Assembly (NCBI RefSeq): GCF_009914755.1
Contig: NC_060931.1
From: the human T2T-CHM13v2.0 reference genome, Homo sapiens
Reading direction: 5' to 3' (one strand)
DNA length: 64,000 bases
Below, one piece after another: positions 37,951-52,671 of this stretch. Position numbers and translations under genes: made by a program. Position 1 is the stretch's first letter. The number at the start of each line of letters is the position of its first letter. The notes under the pieces were generated by a model. The model was not told where the DNA came from. It was given only the letters and a program-made list of their open reading frames with translations, and did not search any database.

Positions 37951-40900
37951 GTGTTATTGTAAGAGTTCCTTGCCGCCTCCACTCACCATCCTGCTTGTAT
38001 CTGCCAGCTCCGCCCCAAGGCCACATCCCGACAGTAGGGTGCATCTGCCAAGGTCGTGTTCACTCACCTAAAGGGTGCAGAAACAAGGGGGGAGAGAACG
38101 AGTGACGACACTAGGTGATATCTATGATTTTAAAGAAAAGCTGAATGTTTAGAGCTTCCATATTTGGCTACGTACTTCAGTTAGCGACGGAAAATAGTTT
38201 TTAAAGCTTTATTGGGGAATTAATTTTTGTTACGTTTTTTGTTGCTTCTAGCCCCATATCCTACTGATTTTTAGCATGCTGCGGTCAGAAATAAACTTAA
38301 TTCCCTATAGCTGCCGCGATTAAGCGTAGAGTGGCTTGCAGTTTCAAAAGCTGCTTTTGCATCAAGGCCCAAGCTCCGTGGGTCTCCTGCTAAAACTTTT
38401 GAGCCTGTGATCTGAATTCCTAAGTGTATAAAATTCTAGAATAGTGTCTTCGAGAATTGAGTTGCGTTCATTTTCTGGTGTGGACCATGAAGTCAACGTT
38501 AATGAATTGGGAATAAGGTGGCTTCTAGTTGTTTTTTGTTCTAGTAGCTTATTCAGCTTGGAGGCAGAGAACCTTGGAATCTCTGTTAAATTAGTCTGCC
38601 ATAGAATGGAACTTGACACAAGACAAATGCAAGTTTGACCTCACTCAGTAGATTTAATTAACCAAATACCAAACGACAGTAATCACTGAAGAATTTATAT
38701 AGTATAATCCAAATGAGGGACCAGATATAACCTCTAAGTTGTATTTGTCAAGAAAATGAGTTTGCCAAGACCTAATCTGAGGTTTTACTGTGATTGGGGG
38801 GTGGGGGGGTTCCAATAGGATTCTTTTGAGAATCACAAGTAGGAAAGCCATGAGCTCACAAAAATGTATTGAGTATGCCTGAGTGAATAGTACTCAATAT
38901 AGCTTTGAAACCAACTCATTGTCACTCTCAATGTAATCATTGTTTGTTTTCATTCATCCAGTGATGTGTCAAGAAGTACTTATTGATAGCACTTAATATC
39001 CATTAGAGCAGTATTGGGATCTATATATTGGTGTTATTTTTTAAAATTTATTTATTTTAGAGTTGAGGGTCTCAGTATGTTGACCAGGTGGAGCCTTGAA
39101 CTCCCATGCTCAAGCAGTCCTCCTGCCTCAGCCTCCCAAGTAGCTGAGACTAGAGGTATATAACACCACACCCTAGTACATTGGTGTTAACACAGATTTT
39201 CTGTAACGTAGGTATACCAGGGATATTGAAAGGACAGAGGTGTAGCCAAGGATAGCCACTGGAAATGCTAGCTAGGCCACAAGGCCCTAGATTCTCACTC
39301 TCTGAACTCTTAAGTATGGATGTTGCTGATGCAGTAATTTATGTATTAGAGTTAAGACAGCTGAAATAACACTTTTGCCTGTTCCTGGCTGATTGCCAGA
39401 TCCAGTAAACGGAATTGGAAGTTGGAGAACACAGGCAGGCAGGAACCACATTGCTGCCAAGTACCGCCCAATTAATTCAGTAAGATGTATTAATCCAGTA
39501 AAATGTATTGGTATCAAAAAAGTGCAAGACAATGTATTAGGGACAATATAGGGGTAATAATTTGTATTAGAATGATATGTAGACATTCTTCCAGAAATGT
39601 CGATTCTAAAGGGGAGCTAAGGAGACAACTTAAGGTAACCTATGGTCATTGTTTTTGAGTGGTTCAGACGAGTTTTATAGAAGTTTAGATTGGATCATAC
39701 CCTTTTTGTCCAAAAAGAGAAAAAGATAACAGATCACTTCCAGCTAGAGTGATCATAGTAGGTAGGTCTTCTAGGATCTTAAATTTATTTATAGACATCT
39801 GGCACTGAAGGAAGTTTGAGCTAAAATAACTACCAAATTCTCAACAGTGTCACGCATGTTACACATGCACAGCAAAATTACAACTAGAAACCAAGGCTCC
39901 TATCCATACATTTCAAATAGCATTTCTCTCACAATTGATTATGTATTAAGGCTTGTCAACGAAAAGGAAACTTTTTTCTCTCAGAATTTCTAGAACTTTT
40001 TTCTTTAAAAAGTTTTTTATTCTGTAGCCAGAAAAATTTAAAGTTTGTGCTGGGTTGCTTTGGTTATAGAACTAATGAAGCTTGAGTAATAGTTTCAGAC
40101 ATTCTCAGGGTTTTTCTTCTGCAGCCAGATTTTACACTTCTATTATCTCAGCTGTCTTATAAATGTATTCCCTCCATCACACAATATAATTAGAATGTAT
40201 TGATGAACAGATGTAACTTCATCACTAGAGAGACGTTAAATAAATTATGTGTTGGTATCATGACTTTTATCAAATCATGAAGGATGCCATCACTTTTATG
40301 TGATAGTCCATTGGTATAGTACTAAAGTTTGTAAGTAAAGAATGTCAGATAGATAACAAGATAACTTCATTTTCGAGATCTCATAACCTGGGCCTTAGTA
40401 TAGTTAAATTGCTATCAGTCTGTTCCCTGTAATCTCCAATTGAAGTAGACAGTTAAACAATGAGATCCTGCTTTTGCTGCGTTATGGAGAAATAAATGCC
40501 TTTTCTGGTGAATATCCATCCAGCTCAGAGAACTGGAATTTTACTACCACACCCATTTCTCCCAATTGTTAACATTGAGCAATGGGTCTTTGGTCAACCA
40601 GAATAACTGTTGGATCACTCAGTGTTAACGTTCTTGTGAAGTTGAATTTAAACATCTAAATTTCCCTGAAACAATTTAAGTATTCTGTGACCAATGGCAC
40701 TTTACCAAAATTGAAAGTTTGGGCCATGTATTGCTCGCAATACTGGTCCAATGGATACACTATGGACACTAAGGACAAAAACTTCCTTGAAAGCTCTAAG
40801 TTCTTACCTGAAGGGTGGGGTAGGGAGAAGTGATAAGAATTTAGAGCTTTTAAGGACATTTTTGGATGGATCGAAGAAACCAATTCTTAAGACTCATTAT

Positions 40901-41064
40901 TATTAAAATCACACTTAACCCAGTTAGGCTTTTCTCTTTATAAATTACTGGAACGATTCATGAAAACAACTTTATAGAAGACCATTATTGGTGACATACT
41001 AATACTACAAAAGGATGATAGCTACTGGATATATTTTCTGTTCTAATCTTTTGGTTTGTGTCTA

Positions 41065-41293
41065 ACATGCTGTCCAATAAAAATATAATACAAGCCACAT
41101 ATGTAATTTTAAATTTTCAGGTGAAAATCTAAAACAGGTGAAAGTAATTTTAATAATGTTTAATCTAATACATATAAAATACCATTCTTTCAATATGAAA
41201 TGTAACACTTATACCAATCGCAATTCACACTAGCCACATTTCAAGTGCTTAGTAGTCACATGTGGCTAGTGGCTACTGTACTGGGCAGTACAG
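41065..41293. mobile_element. MER33/MER3-type hAT-Charlie element
   Basis: gctgtccaata...tagccacatttcaagtgctt...tggctagtggctac. Confidence 0.8.
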
Positions 41294-41663
41294 GCCTAGA
41301 TTTTTTTTTTTTCCCAAGAAAAAAATATTAGATGTTACCCTTCGTGGAAGAGGGACAGAATTTTAGAGAGAGAAACTCATTTGAGAAATGGGAGGTGGGG
41401 AAATTCAGTTTTCACAACCATTGGTTTACTTTCTAGATCACATGATAAAAGCTCATACAGCTAAGTCTTTTGTTTATGTGTATCATATTTTTCCTAATAT
41501 TATGTTGTCCATTATGTCCATAGTATATCCATTGGACCAGTATTGTGATCAGTATGTATGGCCCAATGGATACACAAAGATCTTTCCAGCTGGAAGTGAT
41601 CTGTACCTATTCCTCTAAACTTTTTTTTTACTTTTTGGACAAAAGTATCCAATTTAAACTTTT

Positions 41664-41947
41664 TTTTTTCTTTTTCTTTTTTTGAGACAGGGTCTTGTTC
41701 CCTCACCAAGGCTGGAGTGTGGTGGCATGATCATGACTCACTGTAACCTCGTGTCTCCGGGGCTCAGGCGATCCTCCCACTTCAGCTTCCCCGGTAGCTG
41801 GGACTATAGCTGCGCCACCACACCCAGCTAATTTTTTGTATTTTTGGTGGAGATGGGATTGCCTAGGCTGGTCTTGAACACCAGCATTCCATCCGCCTTG
41901 GCCCTCCAAAGTGCTGGGATTACAGGCTTGAGCCACTGCTGCTGGCC
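41664..41947 (-). mobile_element. Alu (J-like)
   Basis: Diverged antisense Alu; TSD caatttaaactttt (41650) / cagtctaaactttt (41948). Confidence 0.9.
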
Positions 41948-42024
41948 CAGTCTAAACTTTTATAAAGTGTTGAAGTGGGTGAGGAAAATGAGAAGGGCCA
42001 TTAACTTTGTATCATTTGGTTTCA

Positions 42025-42402
<378 letters not shown>

Positions 42403-43481
42403 TTATTTTTTACTGTTCCTTTCACATCTTCCCACGTAAGATATCCTTTGTCTTAGATGTCCTTTGTTTCTGCTTGAACATACATGCTCCATACCAAAAA
42501 CCATATGGTTTTAGATAAATCTAGTACAGTTTTTGGTATGGATGGTGTTTTTTGTTTTTAGTGTCTATATTCATAAAACAAGAGGGCTTTGTTAAAGTTT
42601 CTAATAGCCAGGAGTTGTTATATATGTGGGCACAAAGGACGTTTTGTTTTTTTTTAAGTAGAACTTCTTTAAAGTGCAGATTTTTCATTCCTCCCTGCAG
42701 AAAGATAAAGAAGTAAAGATGGACCATTGGCTTTGTCCATCTGGGTCCTTGATGACCGTTGTAGGCAGTTTCATCAATAGTAAGGAAGCCAGGTTTCAGG
42801 GTAGCATTGGACAGTGAGGAAGCAGAGGCAGCAGGGTAGAAACTGTGGGTGAGGGAAAGGGAGGAGCAAGCATGAAGGAACAGCACAGTCTGGGAAAGAC
42901 TGTGGGTAGTGGAGACCTGAGAAGCACTGATTGACAGAATGGAGGAGCCTGTTTAAGGGATGAGATTGAAAGTTTATTCAGGAGAGGGGAAGGAAGGAGA
43001 AATGGGTGAGTGATAAAGCTAAATCACTTGGCTTCTACTCTTTGGAATTCTGGTATCCTTGTATCAAGATATTAAGCCTGAAACATAAATGTAGTTTTCC
43101 CTCTAAATCACAGAGTAAACCAATCTATTACATTTCTGTATGCTACATGTCTCAAAACTTGGTACAGTATCCTTTCCAGGACCAGATTATGTTAGAGTGC
43201 ATAAGTATTTATTCATATTGTAATATTTGGGGTTGGCAAGAATTGTTAGGGTATTATGCTATATTTTATTTTGAGAATGTAATCATTTGTAAAATTTTCC
43301 TAAAGATAAAGTCCCCTTAGGCATAAGGAAAATCCTTTGTTGCAGTGACTCTTGATTTTACTTGATTCTGCAAGCCTCTGTCACTATACATATTGTTGGG
43401 ATATATCCCAAAACATCAACAACATATAATTCTGTTTTTTGTTTCCAAAGTTTTGTTTATCTAAAGAATTATTTGTTTATA

Positions 43482-43755
43482 GGCTGGGTATGGTGGCTTA
43501 CGACTGTAATCCCAGCACTTTGGGAGGCCAGGGCTGGAGGATCGCTTGAGACCAGTCTGGGCAACATAGTGAGACTCTACAACATTTTTTTTTTTTTAAT
43601 TTGCTGTGCATGGTGGTACACACTTGTATTCCCAGCTACTTGGGAGGCTGAAGTGGGAGGATGGTCTGAGCCCCAGAGGACCAGACTGCAGTGAGCTATC
43701 ATCACACCACTATATCTAGCCTGGGTGACAGAGTAAGACCCTGTCTCAAAAAAAG
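43482..43755 (+). mobile_element. Alu (J-like)
   Basis: TSD aaagaatt(a/g)ttt. Confidence 0.88.
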
Positions 43756-44296
43756 AATTGTTTATAGTTTGAGATAGAAGTTTCATTTTGCCCTGAAGTA
43801 AAGGCATACTCACTTTAATGTTGTATTTATAGAGCCGCTAAATCTCGGATTTTCTGTTTACTCTTTAACTGATTTGATTGATCAGTTGAATTATTGGAGG
43901 GTCAGCCAGAGTGTTGTTCACCCAGAGCAATATTTTACAAGTGGTGCACACAGAAAGCTAATAAACATGAGAGTGTGCTGTTCATACAAATTAGACAGTA
44001 CAGCAGGATACAGTATTAAAGTTCACTTTCACACCAATCTTACCAGCCCACCCCATTCCTGTCTCTTCTCCCATGAACCTTGAGGTTACCACTGTTTACA
44101 CATGGGTATTTGTCTTTGCACACCATTTATGTGCATGTTATATTTTATACAAATAAAAACAAGCTGGGGAGATTGTTTAATTTTGTTTTGCTTTTTATGT
44201 AAATGAGATCTTGACGTTGTTTTGAACCTTGCTTTTTTTGTTCACTTGACATATCTTGGTGAATTTTCCATTTCACTGCAGATAGATGCATCTCGT

Positions 44297-45211
<915 letters not shown>

Positions 45212-46498
45212 CATTCTTTTTAACCTTTGTGTATTTTTCCATAATCGAGATTTAATATATTTTACCAATTCTCTGTTTTTATTTGTTTTCCGATTTTTTA
45301 ATCATTGTGAACTGTCATCATTGAACATCTTAATACAAGTATCTTTGTCTGTAAATGTGGGTATTTTGATGGGATTGAATGAAACAATGTTGAGAAACAT
45401 AGCCAAGTTCTAACATTGATAGGAATAGAGTAATAAGTACCATCTTCTACCCATTTCTCTATGGGTTTCATGGTCTTGCTTTCACATTGCTTCTTCTGAT
45501 GGATTTTCCTAAGTCTTAACCTTCACGTCATCAGTAACAGTACCTTATTTGAGACTGGGGCACTTGGGAATGACTGCCCCCCAACCCCCGCCCCCATTAT
45601 CTCCTTAGGTACTTTTCTGTTTGTCTTACTGTGTTGTCGTATTTACTCTAGAACACTTTCCACTCTCTACTGATATGTCCTCCTCTGCCATTTCAGGACC
45701 TCCCACCCTCCCCCACTGAGCTGCCTTCCCAGTGATGAAAGAAAAAATGTAAAAGCCTGAAAACCCTTCTTCTTGATTTTTAATTTTTTTTTTTCCCTCT
45801 AAGACCTTAACCACTCTGGATAGTATCACGGGGTATCAGTAGAGTGTGCTAAACAGATGTGTACTCTGCAGCTTCTTTGCAGGTTTTTTGTCACATTTTT
45901 CAGTCAAGTGTTCCAGCTTTGTGCTTGTTCATTAGAGTCACCTGTGACTACAGAGATTCTGAAAGTTTGAATCAGGGCCTGGGAATCTGTACTTTGAACA
46001 GTACTACAGGTGGTATTTATGCCTAGGCAAGTATGGGAAACAACTGTGCAGAAGGATAAAGACGTTCTTATCTATGACTAGACCATCTGAATGATTTGGC
46101 CTTTGAAGGTGACTCAAGGTTGAGCCTGGATGTTGGAGACTTGGTGCTATAGACCAAGGAAGCTGCCAAGTATTTCGCTGGTTCCTAATCTCATGAACAT
46201 CAGAATCACCTGAAAAACATTTAAAGCTACGAATGTCTGAATTCAGCTTCAGAGACTCTAAATCAATAGGAGAAACTTAAAGCTTCCTAGATGATTCTAA
46301 TAACCAGCCATGTTTGAAGACCAGACCACCAATGCGTACAAGAAGTAAAGGATTTGGAGTCAACATTTAAACCTTGGTTCTTTCACTTTTAATTCTTATG
46401 AACTTGGGCAAAAGGATTAAAATTCTACTTTGGTATCTTTTGAAAGAAAACAGAAAGTGGACATTTTAACTATAAGTTTCTTATCAGCCTACAATCAG

Positions 46499-46511
46499 AT
46501 GAAGGAAACTG
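46499..46511 (+). CDS. CALU: CALU optional microexon, coding part (MKET + G; gives [14 protein letters not shown]-extension)
   Basis: ATG AAG GAA ACT G|gtaaaa joins in frame to the exon at 46717; acceptors ttatcag| (46488) or aatcag| (46499). Confidence 0.65.
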
Positions 46512-46727
46512 GTAAAAATTTCTCACTGTAATAATTGAAGAGTCTGATATTCCACCATACTTATTTTATGGATGAAGTAATATTTGGGATAATATAAAAG
46601 ACTTGCATAGATATGTATATCAAATTAATAGTTTAACTCGGATGTGAGCTTTTAATTTCTTATTTAGTTATTAAGCATACTGCCTCCTGAATTAACTGCT
46701 TTTCATTTTCTTCAAGATCTAATTATC

Positions 46728-46948
46728 ATGGACCTGCGACAGTTTCTTATGTGCCTGTCCCTGTGCACAGCCTTTGCCTTGAGCAAACCCACAGAAAAGA
46801 AGGACCGTGTACATCATGAGCCTCAGCTCAGTGACAAGGTTCACAATGATGCTCAGAGTTTTGATTATGACCATGATGCCTTCTTGGGTGCTGAAGAAGC
46901 AAAGACCTTTGATCAGCTGACACCAGAAGAGAGCAAGGAAAGGCTTGG
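46728..46948 (+). CDS. CALU: Calumenin first constitutive coding exon (exon starts 46717): signal peptide and N-terminal region
   Basis: [28 protein letters not shown]...[14 protein letters not shown] is calumenin; GG|gtaagg. Confidence 0.97.
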
Positions 46949-48088
46949 GTAAGGTACCACCTCTCAGGGGTCTAGTGTGGGTAATGACATTCTTTATAAA
47001 GGCTAATTCTTTTCTTTTCTGGCTCAGTTATGAGTAAAGTTATATTGAACTATTAATACATCTTCTGAAAGCTAACCATGGAATTACTACCTCTAAAATT
47101 TCATTAAATGCCTGATTTCATACATTTTTAATTGAATAACAGTTGGTGCCTCATTCTACAAAGCATCATTTTTGCATAAAAGTACCAAGTACTGCAAGAC
47201 CCAACTTGAACTGCATTATCTTGCTACCAGAAGAACATAGCATGGGGGGATTTCTCATCTCTTCTCATCTCTACTGCTTTTAATTTTTAAAAACTATCTG
47301 TGCCCTACTGACCTGGCACAAGCCAAGTCTTTGATGGGCTAATAAACGGCACATTGGATCCCTATAAAGTTTATGATTTCCCGAGGTGTCCTTCACCCTC
47401 TTTATTTTCATTCTCAGATATTTGTTTAATTAAAAAACAAAAATCAAACCAACTTTGTCTTTTAGAAAATTGTAACTTAATGTCTGAGTATGAGTTACTG
47501 TTTCAGTAACAGCAGGGCCATAGTCAGGTTCTTTGGCTCTCTCGGTAGACATCTTTTGTCCTGAAAAATGGATTTGGTAGAATCCCAGTTGATTATTTCT
47601 AATTGGGGATCTGAGAATGTCTTTTTTGGTCCTTCCAAAGCCTTCCTTTTGAAGAAAATGCAGGTCAATTTTGTAAAAATATTCTTCTCAGTGAGCACTG
47701 TTGGTGCAACTTCCTGATTGTATTCAAGAGATTTGTGTGGAAAGTTGTGCCACACATAGCAATTTCTAAAAATATTTTGCCTTGATGGGTAGCATTTTGA
47801 TCATAAGACGTTGTAGGATTTGCTTTGGAAGATGCTGCAGAATAGATGTATTTTTTCATTGGGTTATCTACTGACTGAAGGGTACAATGTTTTATTTTTC
47901 AACATTGACAGAAATAATAAAGATATTTTGCTATGTAGAATGAGCACTGTCACATAGCATTTGAAAGTAGATAGATATGCATCACAGAGTTAGTTTTCTA
48001 TTAGGTTGCTTTCCTTTGGGAGACCATCCTCACTTTCAGTTTTAATCTAATAACTGTACTAACATTCCAGGCTGAAAATAGAAATGCA

Positions 48089-48415
<327 letters not shown>

Positions 48416-49150
48416 TCATGTCATGCCCATTAATATTGTGCACGTCCAACCCACATTTTGGTCTGCACATATTTTTTCACAGAATTAACTCTAAAATAAT
48501 GAAAGGCCCTTAGGTTTGGTATCATTTAGGGTAGATGGTACTATAATGAGGATGTTCTGGCTCCTTGCAGGTAGGGAGAAAGCTCTGCTGGCACTTTTCA
48601 GTTGAAAGTATTCCTTTTTGTGATCAGTGGATATTAAAAGTTTGTCACATACGCAGATTCTGTATTTGATTAGAATAAGATGATAAAATCATGTTTTTTA
48701 TGGAATGTATGAATAGACTGTTTGCTTCTCCCAAATTTTGTTGGTAATGACAAATATCCCTACTTTATACAGTAACATACGGTTGGGAGCAAGAATCCCA
48801 CATGAAACTTTTAAAAAACTTATTTACTGTGGCATTTCAAAACATTGTTTTGGTGGGGTAATGTATACCAGCTGGGAACAACAGGTTCCCTCTTTTTTCC
48901 ATCTGTCTATATGGCACATAATTATTAAGAGATAAGTCATTGTTCATGCCTTTAGTTGCAAAAATTCACGACTTTTTGAAATCTTTAATAATAATAGCTA
49001 AAAGAACACAGGAAGCATTTTAAAACAATTCAATATACAAGTTTCAGGTATTTTTTCTTATTAAGAATGTTGACAAATAGGCGATTTTATGTATCCTTAA
49101 AATGAAGATTTGTTTTGAGGTAGTGGTTCTTAATATTAAAAAAGTTCTCT

Positions 49151-49885
<735 letters not shown>

Positions 49886-50831
49886 AAAATAAGAAAATTT
49901 TGCACACTGAAAATTTCAGGAATATTAGTCACCCTTCTGGAGCCCATTTATTGATCCAAATTCTTAAACAACTGAAGGGTTTGCTTTATGCTCCTTGAAA
50001 TGTAGAGGTATGTGCTACCTCCTAAAAGAAATAACATGAGGTGCACTAATGCACTGTGTCTGTCCTAGAATAAAGGCTTATTTAGTGGCGTCCATAGGGT
50101 TCTCCCCTGTCACAGGACTATGACACCATTAGCTTCATAAATTTACACAGGCATTTAAAGATGATAATTTAGAGCCTTATGCCTAAAATAGGATGTGCCC
50201 ACTTCCAGTGTACTTACATAACTGCCTGCAGGCTTGGTGCTCAGCAAGATAAGAATGGCTTTTACATTTTCAGAGGCTTGTTAAAAAAAAAATACACACA
50301 CACACACACCATACCATATGTTGCCCACAAAGTCAAAAATATTTACTATCTGTCCCTTTTTTAAAAAAGAAGTTTGCCTTGTAAACTATATTTCTGTTTA
50401 AGTAAAAAACAATAAATTTTTTTCTTAAGTTTGCCAACCCCTAGGTTAAACCATTTGAGTTGTTTGCATTGAATAGAATGCTCTTCAGTCAACTTAATTA
50501 AGAAAAGCCCACCTTGAACAGTCATATGTCTTTTTTTATCTGGGCGATCCTTCTCTTCAGGCTATTTATAATAGTTTAAAAATACCTTTTGGGGGTAGGA
50601 GGGGTTCTGGTTGCCCTTTTTCCTTGCCCTTTATTTCTGAACTGTACAGTGGCACTATTGGTAGCCAGTACCATTTGAGCACAAACTGCATTCCATTATA
50701 AATAATGTAGAACTTTTCAATATTGGTATAGCTTCATCTGTGAATAGTGTTAAAATTCTACAGGACTAAAGTTACAACAACAAAAATTGTCCTTATGTCT
50801 ATGTAGATAGAAGAGGATATTTAAGAGATAA

Positions 50832-51132
<301 letters not shown>

Positions 51133-52404
51133 AGAGATAACTTCTTACTGGTTTACCTTTCCTGTTAACATTTTAGAGCAAGATTACACATTCTCTGAAG
51201 GAAAATGCTAGTTACTTACAGGATTTAAGTAATAGTTGTATCTAACACCTGATCTGTATCAAAATGAGTCTCTTTTCTTAGAGTCACTAGTACTTTTCAA
51301 TTCTGATCACTTTCCTATGTTGTATTCATGAAATGAACACAAGCTGGGGAAAGACATTATTTGCTACCAAGTGACAATCTTTTCAATCCTGCAAATAATA
51401 GAGCATAGGACTATACCAAGATTTCTCTTCTGTTGGAAGTTTTGACTTCAACTTCATATTCCAAACTGGGCTGCTTACTTGGGTGACATTACATAGGATG
51501 ACTTTGCCCCTATAGTTAAGTGATTGCACCTTTAAACAGAAGTTTTCATATCATGGACATATTTTTAAATCCATAAGATGACAGATCTGGAAGAAAGACA
51601 CTTATAAAGCTTCATAAAGCCACTGATTCTTTAGCTTTGTGGTTTTGCTTTATAATCTACATACTAACCCTTTCAGCTTATTAACATTCTTATAATCAGA
51701 TATACATTCTTACCACATCATTTCCTCAGAGTTCTCTGTTTTCATGTAAAAATCCAATTCAACACAGTATTTAAAAGCTGCTAGCCATTTTTTAGACAAG
51801 CATCTTCCTGTCTTTTTATCTGTTTTTTAAAAATAATCTTGCCTTGAGATATAAATGATCCCAGAACTTTTCTGATATCTTTGTATTTTTATCAAAAGTG
51901 TTACTTTTTCTAAAATCAGCTAAATTTTTGAAGTCTGATGTAACTATTTTGAATTTTTAGAAAACCATGATTATTTACCAAGAATTGGAGTTTCTCTTCT
52001 GTAAGCAATAAAGAAAAATAAAGTTCAGCCACATCTTCACTAGAGAAAATAAAAATGAAAACAAGGAAAAACAAAGTTTTACATGTTGTTTGATGCAAAG
52101 AGTGGAGAACTTGGATAGGAATGGATATTCACTCCTGAATTCTAACCATAGGCTGAAATCTACCTCCAAAGAGATAGGCTGAGTTTGCTTTTGGATCCAA
52201 GTGCACCAGCCATGACTGTGTTGACCTTATTCACGTGGCTTATTACAGACCAGTAATGGACCATTTTTTTCAGTTGCTGGCCTGGCAGTTTTGTTTTGGA
52301 GACAATTTTTTATTTCTGTGCATTAGCCCTGGGCACACACCTGGCTAAGTCCAGAGTTCTGTGTCTTTTTAACCTTTTGCTGGATTTCTCTGCATTTTCT
52401 ACAG

Positions 52405-52598
52405 AAAGATTGTAAGTAAAATAGATGGCGACAAGGACGGGTTTGTCACTGTGGATGAGCTCAAAGACTGGATTAAATTTGCACAAAAGCGCTGGATTTA
52501 CGAGGATGTAGAGCGACAGTGGAAGGGGCATGACCTCAATGAGGACGGCCTCGTTTCCTGGGAGGAGTATAAAAATGCCACCTACGGCTACGTTTTAG
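52405..52598 (+). CDS. CALU: CALU mutually exclusive exon A (EF-hands 1-2; [12 protein letters not shown]...NATYGYVL)
   Basis: ctacag|A; TAG|gtaggt; 194 nt; two DxD/NxDG EF loops. Confidence 0.95.
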
Positions 52599-52671
52599 GT
52601 AGGTCCCTACTGTCTGGGGGAAAAAGCCTTGTGGAGCTGGCACCTTGAAACGTAACTGTTTTGTCTTGTAG

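Noticed and set aside
37154-38044. Overlapping ORFs in the CpG island
   Set aside because: Expected stop-codon depletion in GC-rich promoter DNA
39855-41500. Looser complementarity of 39855-39935 with 41357-41500, and of 39640-39682 with 40935-40986
   Set aside because: Needs many gaps, is AT-rich and crosses the stronger helices; cannot be separated from chance by eye
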